From Patescibacteria group bacterium (GTDB taxonomy: Bacteria > Patescibacteriota > UBA1384 > 2-12-FULL-50-11), in contig JBBUAP010000004.1 in assembly GCA_038058635.1 (NCBI GenBank), forward strand, positions 97,196-158,783: a stretch of 61,588 bases of DNA. Reading direction: 5' to 3'. Below the pieces are notes generated by a model. That model was not told where the DNA came from, made no database searches, and saw only the letters and a list, made by a program, of their open reading frames with translations. Below, in pieces: positions 45,902 to 55,441 of this stretch. The stretch's first letter is position 1. Each line of letters begins with the position of its first letter. A program made the position numbers and the translations under genes.

Positions 45902-46010
45902 GACCAATGACCTAGTTCGACAGTCAGTAGTCGTTTTGTTATTATTCTCCTAATCATGAGAGAGAACACGAACCTGTGACTTAGTGTCACTGAGCGACGC
46001 CTCTCGTAAG

Positions 46011-47117
46011 TTAAGCGTTTTTGAGTAGTTTTATGTATTCTGGGCAAACGTAAAGAAACCGATTTCTCTTCGGTTGTTTCTTTTTGACTATAACTTGCTC
46101 TTTTTCAAGAATTGCTAAGTACTTACGGGCGGTAACATAAGCGACCTTAAGACCACTTTCGAAGTCCTTTTGGACAAAGTAGGGGTTTAGGTAGAGTAGC
46201 TTTGCGATGTCCCGAGCGTAAGCATGACCAACCAGTTTTTCAAGCTTTTCCTCAAGCTCCTGTTGGAAGTCGTGTATCTTCTGTAGAACTTTAAGGGTGT
46301 ACTTAGCTTGTTTCTCGAGAGCTTTAAGTATGTATAAAACCCATGGCTTCCACTCGCCTTTGTAAGTGACGTTACGAAGCAGGAGGTAGTAGTCGTCCCT
46401 ATTTTCAAGGATAAACTTACTGACAAATAAGAGTGGCAGGTGTAGCGCCCTTTGCTTTGAAAGGTATAGGGGGATAAGCATCCGGCCAGTTCGACCGTTA
46501 CCGTCATGGAATGGGTGGATCGCTTCAAATTGATAGTGTAAAACAGCCGCACGACCAAAAATCTCGTGTTCGGGAGCTTTTTCGTTGAAGTACTTCTCGT
46601 AGTTAGACAACAGTTCCCGGATTAGACCCTCACCTTCGGGCGGCGTGTAGTAGACTACGCCAGTGTGAGGATTCTTCAATTGAGTGCCCGGAAGCTTACG
46701 AATGCCAGACTTCGTTGGCTCTAGCGTCTTCTGAATGGCGATGTATTGGTTGGTGGCAAGAAAGTCTTTCTCGACTAACTCTTTGAAGCCAAAAATTAGA
46801 GCAGCGGTGTAACGCATTACTTCTTTTTCGTGAGGTTTTATCTCGCCTGCTTCCAAGATCTTGGCTTGGTAGATGCGCTCATTAGTAGTGATGATATTTT
46901 CTATTCCAGAGCTTGCCACCGCCTCCGGAACGTACAGGGGAGACATTAGATTCAGACTATGGGTTATATTTTGCTTGTCGGCTCCAAGAATTGTATTCAA
47001 AGAACCGATTGCTTGAGAGGTCGCGATTGAGGCGATAAGAATATCGGGGTCCTTAAAGTCTAGATCAGGCGCCGGAACACCGGCTAGATCGTTGAAGGGT
47101 TTGTTTGGGTTTGCCAT
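46011..47117 (-). CDS. Fic/DOC-family protein
   Basis: Canonical HPFHDGNGRTGR motif with a C-terminal wHTH-like tail. Confidence 0.85.
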   Translation of the reverse strand: MANPNKPFNDLAGVPAPDLDFKDPDILIASIATSQAIGSLNTILGADKQNITHSLNLMSPLYVPEAVASSGIENIITTNERIYQAKILEAGEIKPHEKEVMRYTAALIFGFKELVEKDFLATNQYIAIQKTLEPTKSGIRKLPGTQLKNPHTGVVYYTPPEGEGLIRELLSNYEKYFNEKAPEHEIFGRAAVLHYQFEAIHPFHDGNGRTGRMLIPLYLSKQRALHLPLLFVSKFILENRDDYYLLLRNVTYKGEWKPWVLYILKALEKQAKYTLKVLQKIHDFQQELEEKLEKLVGHAYARDIAKLLYLNPYFVQKDFESGLKVAYVTARKYLAILEKEQVIVKKKQPKRNRFLYVCPEYIKLLKNA

Positions 47118-47393
47118 TACTATATAAACTTAAGACTATTCTATACAGTTGTCAAGGGGTACTTGACAGTAGTTATACAGCGATACCTAGGAATAGGTGT
47201 TTGAGATCTAATAAATTTTTCTCCTGCCCACAGTTCTAAGTATAAGGACAGATCCGACGGCCTCAAGGTCGTCCTTTCTATATTTTTCTAGTTAAGGAAA
47301 GGCTCCACCTTGACCCCGCCGGCGTGCTGTCCTTCCCTTTTTGTCAAAGGGCAGGAGGTCGACACGCCCGGAAGAATAAAGAAAGGAGAGAAG

Positions 47394-47708
47394 ATGAAAA
47401 CAAAAGAATTGTCGAAAGAGGCGCGGATGAACGATCGGTTTCGTGAGTTGGGATTTGGGATGACATTGACGCAGGGAGTCCACAGCTTGAAAAACATCGA
47501 GGGATTACTGCATGCGATTAGAAATTACGACTCGTTCACGGAAGGTAACGATCCGTATGGCGAGCATGACTTCGGCTCGGTTAATTGGTACGGGAAGAAG
47601 ATCTTCTGGAAGATCGACTATCATAACCCGACCTATTCGGGCTGGTGTGATCCGCTCTCGGAGAATTGCAAACGGGTCCTGACAGTAATGTTGGCGGAGG
47701 AGTACTAA
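47394..47708 (+). CDS. DUF3768-like protein
   Basis: NDPYGEHDFGSVNWYGKKIFWKIDYHN. AAAGGAGAG lies upstream of ATG 47394. Confidence 0.6.
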   Translation: MKTKELSKEARMNDRFRELGFGMTLTQGVHSLKNIEGLLHAIRNYDSFTEGNDPYGEHDFGSVNWYGKKIFWKIDYHNPTYSGWCDPLSENCKRVLTVMLAEEY

Positions 47709-47723
47709 GAGAGAGGCTCGGGG

Positions 47724-48470
47724 TTAATTGCCTCGGGCCTTTTTCTTTGGTTGGAGCTCTGCAATAGCCCGATCGGAGATCGCCACACGAAAGCGGAGAT
47801 CGGGCTCGTCAGCGTAGTTTTCTTTGATGTATCGATTCGCGGCCTTATTGGCCGACTTATTGGCGGAAATGATAATAATCTTTGGAAAATCTTTACTAAC
47901 ATTCTCCTGCCACTCGTTGGAGTAATAATACTCGGCGTAGCGCTCGATGTGGTCAATGATGTTTTTCGTTCGAGGGGTGGAGGGAATCTCGACGAAAAAC
48001 CGATCCGCTTCGCTTTTTTGGTTGATGACAATATAGGCGTCGGGTGCTGGTGATATGACGTGACTAATACCGGCCAGATCGGTCTTGGTCCAAAAGCGAA
48101 GTGCCCCTCCCCATTGGGCAAGAAGTTGAAGGTAAAGATCGGCAATAAAGCTACATTTCTCGCGAAAAGTTATTGAATAGCTTGCTTCTCGCCAGATCCG
48201 ATTAAGCGGGAGGGTTTTCTTTACCAACTTCTGCGTAATTAAGTATTTTCTTCCAATTGTTCCGAGCGAGTAATAGGCGGTTACTGTACTTGATGTCTGA
48301 TGTTTACTGACGAGCTTAAGTTTGACCATTTGGTTTAGCCAGACGATGATTTTGCTGTGCGATTTATGAGTGAGAAGGTTTTGGATTTGTAGGCGAGTTA
48401 AGAAGCGGAAGCGATAGAGAAAGATTAGGATTTCAGTTTGACGTTTGTTTATTGTTATTAGTTGTTTCAT
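47724..48470 (-). CDS. Replication-relaxation family protein
   Basis: N-terminal wHTH pattern INKRQTEILIFLYRFRFLTRLQIQNLL. Adjacent to the coupling protein. Confidence 0.6.
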   Translation of the reverse strand: MKQLITINKRQTEILIFLYRFRFLTRLQIQNLLTHKSHSKIIVWLNQMVKLKLVSKHQTSSTVTAYYSLGTIGRKYLITQKLVKKTLPLNRIWREASYSITFREKCSFIADLYLQLLAQWGGALRFWTKTDLAGISHVISPAPDAYIVINQKSEADRFFVEIPSTPRTKNIIDHIERYAEYYYSNEWQENVSKDFPKIIIISANKSANKAANRYIKENYADEPDLRFRVAISDRAIAELQPKKKARGN

Positions 48471-48582
48471 TGATTGAGTCTATTGAGATAAGCATAGGAG
48501 GTAATATATAAAGAAAGCGTCGTGATTTTGATGCTTCCAACCTGCAAAAGCTTAACTTTTGGTGACAGGCATGTCACCGTTT

Positions 48583-51105
48583 TCATGCTAAAGATTCGGA
48601 TTCTTCTACTACTGGGATTGCCATATCTTTCAGCACCTGCTCTGCTTCGGGGTCGGAGTAGCGCTGGGCGTAATTTGTCCGGGAAGATTCTATCAGTCGG
48701 TTAACCAGCTCTTCATTTTTGACCGAACTAATCGGAATCGTGACACCGGAGAACGGGTCTTCTGCTTGAAGGGAAGACAGGCGCATATAGAAGTGATGGC
48801 GCGGCAAATTAGAGATATCTCCAGGCTTAACATACGGGGCGAACTGCGCCAGCATCGTTTCTTCATCGACCGGACTGGCGGTGCGGAAAGTTACGACAAC
48901 GCCGGTGTTGGCCAGAATCACCTCAACCGTGGAGCGGTCAGATTGCTGAGCCGTTGATTGCTCGGCAATCGTAATTCTAAGACCAAACTTTCGCCCGCCG
49001 GACATCAATTTGGTGAATGCAGCGGTGGCAAAATTCTGAAACTCATCGATGAATAGATAAAACGGTTTGCGAGCTGATAGCTCTTTGCGAGCTCGTCGTA
49101 AGGCTGCCTGATGGATCTTGGCAATTATCATCGTACCGAGCAGTTGCGAGGTATCTTCCCCGAGTTTTCCTTCGGCAAAGTTACAGAGCAGAATCTTCTC
49201 GGAATTGAGAATATCCTCAAAATTGATGGTCGATTTAGGTTGCTCCAGAATCCGTTTGGCAATAGGTGAGAATAGTAACCGTCCGATCTTGGCCGTAACA
49301 CCGGAAACCATTTTGACGATTTGGTAATTTCCGGCCTTACCAAACTCATTCTTCCAAAAGTTTTTCAGATTCTGGTCTTTGAGACGACTAATAACCTGCT
49401 TTTGGAACTTAGGGTTATTGAGTAACTCGTAAACGGTAAAGATTGTCGCGTTCTCAACTGTGAAAGCAGTATGGATGGTGTTTCGCAGGACATACTCGAT
49501 GCGATGCGCGTCGTTATTATCATCTTTGTTAAATATCCTTCGAAAGACCGAGACGACGCTCTCACAAGTTAGTTCTTTCTCCAGCTCCAGATCGTCTCCA
49601 TCCAACCCTTCCGGTAACTCTAGTAAGTTAATACCGACCGGGTACTTGATATCAAACGGATTAAAGTAAATCAGATCATTGATCCGTGATTCCGGCACAG
49701 TGGCTAGTAAGTCTTCTGCTAAATCGCCATGAGGATCGATAACTGCCAGGCCTCGACCGCGGCGAATGTCGCCACTGGCCATGTGATACATGGCGGTTGA
49801 TTTTCCAGAGCCGGTCTGACCGATCAAATACATATGCCGGGAGCGCTCATCATCGGTTAAGCCGATATCGGTGGAGTTATTGCCATAATTGTTGACGGCA
49901 AATACTGTATCCAATTCATGATTGTTTTTTAAAGATAGCGGCGCTGGTAATTCGCGACTTTTTGACTTAACCAGATCCTCCGTCCGAAAGGTTCTGGAAT
50001 ACGGGAAGTGATAGAGAGCTCCGACTTCGGCTGACGAAAGTAGTAATCGCTCGGTGTTGAGCCGGTTTCTGAACTGCCACCAACGCAAGCGCTGACCGAC
50101 TCTACCGAACCAATTTTTTCGGCTGACTAGAGACTGTCCTGCCGGGTGGGTGAAACTCATAAATGAGGCCAGCAAGCCGCGTTGGCGGGCTTTAAGTTGC
50201 TGTGGCTCGTTAATTAGGAGAGCTCGAACCGAAGTCTCGAAAAGCGGCTGATCCAACTTGGTCTTAACTGATTGTGCCAGTTCTTGGTGCTCCGGCGTTT
50301 CAGTCTCTGTTGTGATTTTGCGGCCGGTTGGGGGTGGCTTTTGGCTGGTAACAAATTCAGCTGTAGCAAGCAGTGGAATCATTATTATTCCGACAACGGT
50401 TTCAACGATATTAGCAACCCGATCTACAGTTCGTTGGGTTACCAGAGCTGCGGGCTGAAGTTTGGCTGCTTTATTCCTGATACGTTTCTGTTGGGTGTGA
50501 CTGACCGGCTGAACGACAAGCTGGAGAGTGAGGAGCTCCCCCTCACTTAGCTGAGTCATATTACCGGTTATATAAGACAGCGGATCGTGTCGCCCTAGAT
50601 CGGTCTGGTAGTTGAGCGGCAGTATTGAATGACCAGCTAAGCCAAATTCAATCACGGCTGTTTTTAATTCCGTCGGGAGATCGGTTGGTAGGTATTCTAC
50701 TGTTTCACGGACCTTTAGCGCCGGTAAGTAAGCACGCAGACTCCGCTCGGTCGTTTCAGCCATCGATTTGGGCACCCTCAAGACGTAACGAATGCCGCTC
50801 TCTTTGCTGGAGACAATCTCCAGTGAGCAGGTTGGTTGTCGCTGCAAGAAACGATCCGCCAAAGAGCGTTGGCGCAACAAGCCATAGACCAGGGTGAAGA
50901 GTTGGGCGGTCGAGACTGCCGGTATCTCCGTATCAGTTGGCGGTATCACTTCAAGCAAAACCGTTTCCTGGCGTAGCCGTTGGTAGAGAGCGAGTAACCG
51001 GGTGACACAGGCGAGAACCGCCCACAGCAGGACAAGTGCCAGGGCGTACAGCCCAAAAAGGCGGATTGTTTCAAGATTGATAGTGACGGAGGGAAATCTA
51101 TTCAT
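48583..51105 (-). CDS. Type IV secretion coupling protein (VirD4/TraG-like, FtsK/HerA-fold ATPase)
   Basis: N-terminal TM helices, Walker A IGQTGSGKST and Walker B FYLFIDEFQNF. Confidence 0.8.
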   Translation of the reverse strand: MNRFPSVTINLETIRLFGLYALALVLLWAVLACVTRLLALYQRLRQETVLLEVIPPTDTEIPAVSTAQLFTLVYGLLRQRSLADRFLQRQPTCSLEIVSSKESGIRYVLRVPKSMAETTERSLRAYLPALKVRETVEYLPTDLPTELKTAVIEFGLAGHSILPLNYQTDLGRHDPLSYITGNMTQLSEGELLTLQLVVQPVSHTQQKRIRNKAAKLQPAALVTQRTVDRVANIVETVVGIIMIPLLATAEFVTSQKPPPTGRKITTETETPEHQELAQSVKTKLDQPLFETSVRALLINEPQQLKARQRGLLASFMSFTHPAGQSLVSRKNWFGRVGQRLRWWQFRNRLNTERLLLSSAEVGALYHFPYSRTFRTEDLVKSKSRELPAPLSLKNNHELDTVFAVNNYGNNSTDIGLTDDERSRHMYLIGQTGSGKSTAMYHMASGDIRRGRGLAVIDPHGDLAEDLLATVPESRINDLIYFNPFDIKYPVGINLLELPEGLDGDDLELEKELTCESVVSVFRRIFNKDDNNDAHRIEYVLRNTIHTAFTVENATIFTVYELLNNPKFQKQVISRLKDQNLKNFWKNEFGKAGNYQIVKMVSGVTAKIGRLLFSPIAKRILEQPKSTINFEDILNSEKILLCNFAEGKLGEDTSQLLGTMIIAKIHQAALRRARKELSARKPFYLFIDEFQNFATAAFTKLMSGGRKFGLRITIAEQSTAQQSDRSTVEVILANTGVVVTFRTASPVDEETMLAQFAPYVKPGDISNLPRHHFYMRLSSLQAEDPFSGVTIPISSVKNEELVNRLIESSRTNYAQRYSDPEAEQVLKDMAIPVVEESESLA

Positions 51106-51294
51106 TTAATAACTTCCGTCTTCCCCTCCGTTAACGGAATGGTGTTAATTACCCAATGCTTAACACAATAGAATATGTTAGTAAAGATAATATTTGTTGT
51201 TAAGTCTCTTTTGGATGATGATTAGCGACAAGTTGCTTTTATCGTTCTCAATCCATATAATGCTTGGAGAAATCTTCGGATAGGGGGTGCTCGA

Positions 51295-51636
51295 TTGGAG
51301 CGCGAAATTACACGACGCACATTTTTCATCGGCACTGTCGGTGCCATCGGTACGGTTCTGGCTGGTTGCGGCGGTGGCGGAGTAGCTGTTCAGACTCACT
51401 CCGTTCTTGAGCGGACTCAAGATCAGTATGGCATCAGTGGTGTTGACCTCGATGGCGATAAAGTCGTCAGGGTTGGTAGCCTCCAAGAGGATCCGAGCTT
51501 GGATAAAGGCCTAATCTTCAAGGTCAACGGGTTGTACCCGCCCAGGGATCTGGCCGACTTTCGCCACGCTCGAATCTATATGGTTGCTGAAACAGACCGA
51601 ATTAGCTGGCACCTCGTACAAAACGATGGCCACTAA
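51295..51636 (+). CDS. Putative Tat-signal lipoprotein
   Basis: TRRTFFIGTVGAIGTVLAGCGGGG is a twin-arginine signal plus lipobox. TTG start. Confidence 0.45.
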   Translation: MEREITRRTFFIGTVGAIGTVLAGCGGGGVAVQTHSVLERTQDQYGISGVDLDGDKVVRVGSLQEDPSLDKGLIFKVNGLYPPRDLADFRHARIYMVAETDRISWHLVQNDGH

Positions 51637-51650
51637 CAACAGACATTCCA

Positions 51651-51704
51651 AAGGAGGACGAAGAATCGCTGAAAAAGCTGCTCTTGTCCTCCCCTTTGTT
51701 TTTC
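51651..51704 (+). terminator. Possible intrinsic terminator
   Basis: ggaggac ... gtcctcc stem followed by cctttgtttttctc. The loop is long. Confidence 0.35.
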
Positions 51705-51721
51705 TCTACAAAGAAGAAACT

Positions 51722-53173
51722 GTGATTAAGCGTTTTTTATTCATTTCCGTTTTCATACTTGGTCTACTCGTGCCGGTTTTGGTGATCAAAGCCCAGGCGA
51801 ATGGTTTTGCCCTAGTCGCAATTAGTCCGAGCGGTCAAAAAACAGTTTGTGTCAAAGGGTCTGAAAACTCTGTCATGTCGGCGCTCCAAAATCAGGGCTT
51901 TAACCCCAAACAAGACGACACTGGGTTCATTTACTCACTGATCGGTTACGATGGCCCACTCTCAAGTGATCCAGCCGCCGAACAGAACTTCTGGGGCTTC
52001 TGGATTAGCGACGACCTCTCTTTCAGCAGTCTCGGCCCGGCTCAAGTTAAACCCCAAAACGGCGAACTCTATCTTCTTCATTTCGGTAACGGTACTAAAC
52101 CGGCGACAAGTATTAAGTATGCGGATGTTTGTGTAGAGGCATCGGCGCCAACTCCGGCACCAATAAGTTCTTCTACCGAACATCCAACGGGCACTCCTAC
52201 GGAATCGCAACAAGTCGGAACCAACCAAAGCAGCTTCTTTACCAGCTTCCAGTACTTGCGAAACAATTACACCAATCAAGGTCAGAGTGCTAAAGACTGG
52301 GCAGCGATGGCACTGGGCAGCCAGAATCAAAGTATTGAAACCAGTAGTAACGACTCGGAGTCCGTTCTCAGTCTTTCGAGAAATGCGTTATCTAGGGCAG
52401 CTCAGGGGCTGGATCGAACGACTCAAGTCAACAAGATTAAGGATAGTTATCGGGAGAATCAGCTTGGTAACCCGGGTTTAATTAATGATGATATTTTCGG
52501 TATTTTGGCTATTCAGAGCACCGACCCAGCGTGGCTAAAGGATCACCAGGCGGTCTTTGACACAATCCTTTCCTCTCAGCGATCAGATGGCAGTTTCGGA
52601 TTTTCCAAAAGCAGCGACGGCGACGTCGATATAACCGCTGCGACAATCTGGGCTCTCGTTTACAAACAGGATTTGCCAACAGATTCACTCAATAAAGCCT
52701 CAGCCTACATTGCAGGCGCCCACAACAGTGATGGCGGCTTCGGTTTTAAGCCCAATCAAATGTCAAATGTTGCTTCGACAAGTTGGGCAATTCTGGCTTA
52801 TCGATCAATTGATAAGAGTGTGACTCAAGCCGAAAACTATCTCATTAATAATAAGCAAAGTGGTGGCTACTGGCTCTTCGGCGGTGAGCCAAATTATCTA
52901 AATACCGCTTACGCCGTTCTGGCACTGTCCGACAAAAAAATGCCGATCGTTGCAAATCCGCCTACTAACCCCATCCCGACCCCACCGCCCACAATAAAAC
53001 CAAAGCCTCGAACGATTATTGAGACAACATGGATGTTTACTGAAGTTGAAGAAACAGCAAGCTCCGAGAGTCACTCATGGTCCGGTTCATGTTCGGCCTC
53101 AGCCAGCGCCTCAGCATCGGCCAGTGGCGGGAACGCTTCTGCAACGGCATCCGCCAGTGCGAGTTGTAATTAG
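51722..53173 (+). CDS. Secreted DUF4430-like plus prenyltransferase/terpene-cyclase-repeat protein with a Ser/Ala-repeat tail
   Basis: Signal peptide after GTG 51722 (VIKRFLFISVFILGLLVPVLVIKAQA). Repeats SQRSDGSFGF, HNSDGGFGF and KQSGGYWLF. Tail SASASASASASGGNASATASASAS. Confidence 0.6.
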   Translation: MIKRFLFISVFILGLLVPVLVIKAQANGFALVAISPSGQKTVCVKGSENSVMSALQNQGFNPKQDDTGFIYSLIGYDGPLSSDPAAEQNFWGFWISDDLSFSSLGPAQVKPQNGELYLLHFGNGTKPATSIKYADVCVEASAPTPAPISSSTEHPTGTPTESQQVGTNQSSFFTSFQYLRNNYTNQGQSAKDWAAMALGSQNQSIETSSNDSESVLSLSRNALSRAAQGLDRTTQVNKIKDSYRENQLGNPGLINDDIFGILAIQSTDPAWLKDHQAVFDTILSSQRSDGSFGFSKSSDGDVDITAATIWALVYKQDLPTDSLNKASAYIAGAHNSDGGFGFKPNQMSNVASTSWAILAYRSIDKSVTQAENYLINNKQSGGYWLFGGEPNYLNTAYAVLALSDKKMPIVANPPTNPIPTPPPTIKPKPRTIIETTWMFTEVEETASSESHSWSGSCSASASASASASGGNASATASASASCN

Positions 53174-53203
53174 CCTCGACCGTCCATTATAGAAGCCGAA
53201 TAT

Positions 53204-53232
53204 TTGACAACATATGCTAGTCATGGTATGAA
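53204..53232 (+). promoter_or_regulatory. Candidate sigma-70-type promoter of the T4SS operon
   Basis: TTGACA (53204-53209), a 17-nt spacer, then TATGAA (53227-53232), upstream of the pilin-like gene. Confidence 0.3.
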
Positions 53233-53325
53233 AATGGCAAGTGATAGTTTGATTGTTAATTAATATAAATATTTAACAACGAGCGACGAGAGATCGTCCT
53301 CGTTCGGAGGGGAAAGGAGTTTTTC

Positions 53326-53655
53326 ATGCTCAGCCGCCTTCGAACTTTAGGTCTTTCGCTGTTATTGACGCTTGTCTTGGTGACCCCTGCGCTGGCCGCC
53401 TCTGAAGACGTGGCCAAAGTTCAGAACTTTATCCAGAACGCGATTCAAATTCTGGTAACGTTTGCCGGACTACTAGCGGCCGGGTTCTTCGTGATGGGTG
53501 GTATTGGCTACATCACCAGTTCCGGTAACCCGGAACATCTTGACCGCTCGAAACGAACGATAATTTATTCGGGAATCGGGTTAGCGGTCGCCATTGGAGC
53601 GTTTGTCCTAAGTAACGCCATCTCGGAGTTGGCGTCCACTGCCTTTGGTGGATAA
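53326..53655 (+). CDS. VirB2/TrbC-like T4SS pilin candidate
   Basis: Signal peptide (..TPALA/AS), two TM helices separated by a short polar loop, 109 aa. Confidence 0.55.
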   Translation: MLSRLRTLGLSLLLTLVLVTPALAASEDVAKVQNFIQNAIQILVTFAGLLAAGFFVMGGIGYITSSGNPEHLDRSKRTIIYSGIGLAVAIGAFVLSNAISELASTAFGG

Positions 53656-53657
53656 TA

Positions 53658-54938
53658 ATGAACAGGCTTGTTTCCGCAATTATCTTGGCGGGAACGACCT
53701 TGCTCCTGCCGACCGTCGCCTTCGCCGCCTCTAACGGTGAGGTTGCTCACTTTACCCAGGACACCCTAACGGTCCTAATTTCGGTTGCCGGATTGGCCGC
53801 TGCCTTCTTCCTAATACGGGGCGGCTATGTCTATATAACATCAACCGGTAAACCGGAGGCTCTGGCAGAAGCTAAGCGAACGATTCGACAGGCCTTAATC
53901 GGTCTGGTGATTGTCATTGCCGCTGCTGTATTTTCGTCGATGCTCTCTGGGGCGTTCAACGAACCAAATACTCCAGCTCTGGGTACGGCGATTAATTTGG
54001 CTCCGATTCAACCGGCTCCGGACGACGGCTCGCTGGCCCGGATTATATTGAATGCTATTGCTGGATTCCTTCAAAACATCGTCCAGTCAGCCACCCGACC
54101 GATTATCGACGGCGTAATTCACTTCCTAACAACGACCCCAATGCTTTCAACTAATTCGGTTGTCTTTAACTTCTGGCTGATAATGGTCGGTATTACTGAC
54201 TCACTCTTCGCACTGGGAATCGCCTTACTTGGCTTTCAAGTGATGAGCGCCTCAACCTTTGGCTTTGAGGATGTGCCACTGAAGCAGTTGATGCCGAGAA
54301 TCGGGCTGGCATTTCTGGTTGCCAACACATCCATCTTTACTATCGACTGGATAATTAAGCTTTGCCAGGTGTTGATTGATGCGGTTATCCATGCCACAGG
54401 TGGGATCGGTCAGGCCTGGATACTTAATGCCTTTGATCCGGCCGCACTAGCAACTGGAGGAACACTGCTGATTACGCTCATTTTTATGCTTGTATTCACT
54501 CTGCTGGCGGTTGTCTTGCTACTGTTTTATATCAGCCGCTTGATGATCCTGGCTTTTGGGGCGGTAATGGCGCCGTTGGTCTGTTTATTATGGCTGATGC
54601 CCAAGATGAGTGATTTTGCCGAAGCGGCGGCTAAATCCTACCTCGTGATGATTTTCAGTCTTTTTATTCACGTTGTTATCATTCAACTGGCCTCGGCGTT
54701 TCTAACGGTACCAAACCAGGTCAATACCAACCCGTTTATCTCGATTCTGATCGGAATCGCCCTCTTTTCGATTCTGCTTAAGAGTACGGCGATGACGGTG
54801 CAATTGGCGCTGGCTTCGCAAGCAACGGGAGTGTTTAAGAAATTCGGCGGTCAGTTCCTCAACGTTGTTAGTCCAGCTCCTGCTGCAGTCAGCTCAACGC
54901 GCTCTAGTGCTGCCCTAGCCAAGAAAGCAGCCGGATGA
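53658..54938 (+). CDS. VirB6/TrbL-like polytopic membrane protein with an N-terminal pilin-like module
   Basis: Residues ~1-100 are clearly paralogous to the preceding pilin-like ORF, followed by at least 6 TM helices. Confidence 0.6.
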   Translation: MNRLVSAIILAGTTLLLPTVAFAASNGEVAHFTQDTLTVLISVAGLAAAFFLIRGGYVYITSTGKPEALAEAKRTIRQALIGLVIVIAAAVFSSMLSGAFNEPNTPALGTAINLAPIQPAPDDGSLARIILNAIAGFLQNIVQSATRPIIDGVIHFLTTTPMLSTNSVVFNFWLIMVGITDSLFALGIALLGFQVMSASTFGFEDVPLKQLMPRIGLAFLVANTSIFTIDWIIKLCQVLIDAVIHATGGIGQAWILNAFDPAALATGGTLLITLIFMLVFTLLAVVLLLFYISRLMILAFGAVMAPLVCLLWLMPKMSDFAEAAAKSYLVMIFSLFIHVVIIQLASAFLTVPNQVNTNPFISILIGIALFSILLKSTAMTVQLALASQATGVFKKFGGQFLNVVSPAPAAVSSTRSSAALAKKAAG

Positions 54939-55441
54939 GAACAACCGTTGTCCCAGCCCAAATTACGACAGTTGAAGACCGAATTGCTGGTAACTTCACT
55001 TTTATCCAGATTTTCTTGCTGATTGTGGCGTTAGTTGTTGGAACAATTATTTATGCTGTCGCCCCGCCTCAGATGAAGCTTGGCTCTATAAAGCTTTCAG
55101 CAATTGTTTTCCAATTCTTCGTCTTCGGCGGACTGGCAATTAGAATCAACGGCAAGATCGTTGCCGACTGGCTGGTAACCTACATGCGTTACTCAAAACG
55201 ACCCCGCTATTACGTTTTCACTAAAAATGATGAACTGAGCCGGGAAAAGTATATAGCAACCAAAGAACCCAAAAAGGTTACCGGTGAGCAAAAACAAGTA
55301 GCTAAGTCGGTAGCTCCATCTATCCCGGCCGCTGAACAGGCCAGGGTTACTAAATTACTTACCAATCCAACCGTGACAGTTTCGTTTGAATTAGCTAAGA
55401 AAGGTGGCATAGATGTTTCACTCACGCCAGTCAAAGAGTAA
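54935..55441 (+). CDS. PrgI/VirB3-like small membrane protein
   Basis: VPAQITTVEDRIAGNFTFIQIFLLIVALVVG. Lies immediately upstream of VirB4. Confidence 0.5.
   Translation: MRTTVVPAQITTVEDRIAGNFTFIQIFLLIVALVVGTIIYAVAPPQMKLGSIKLSAIVFQFFVFGGLAIRINGKIVADWLVTYMRYSKRPRYYVFTKNDELSREKYIATKEPKKVTGEQKQVAKSVAPSIPAAEQARVTKLLTNPTVTVSFELAKKGGIDVSLTPVKE

Noticed and set aside
47288-47497. Minus-strand 63-69-aa ORFs and the 132-aa extended form of the DUF3768 ORF
   Set aside because: A strong RBS (AAAGGAGAG) precedes the internal ATG at 47394, and family similarity starts there. The upstream part covers hairpin-rich leader sequence.
48558-48582. Hairpin ggtgaca-ggca-tgtcacc as a terminator of the coupling-protein gene, or as oriT
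   Set aside because: The T-run (gttttc) follows it only on the plus strand, where no gene ends. On the minus strand it is followed by AAAAG. There is not enough evidence to call either a terminator or a nick site.
51178-51486. 102-aa minus-strand ORF in the T4CP / lipoprotein intergenic region
   Set aside because: It overlaps the plus-strand Tat-lipoprotein ORF, which has a clear signal and lipobox. It has no RBS or recognisable domain and is AT-rich at its 3' end, so it is probably spurious.
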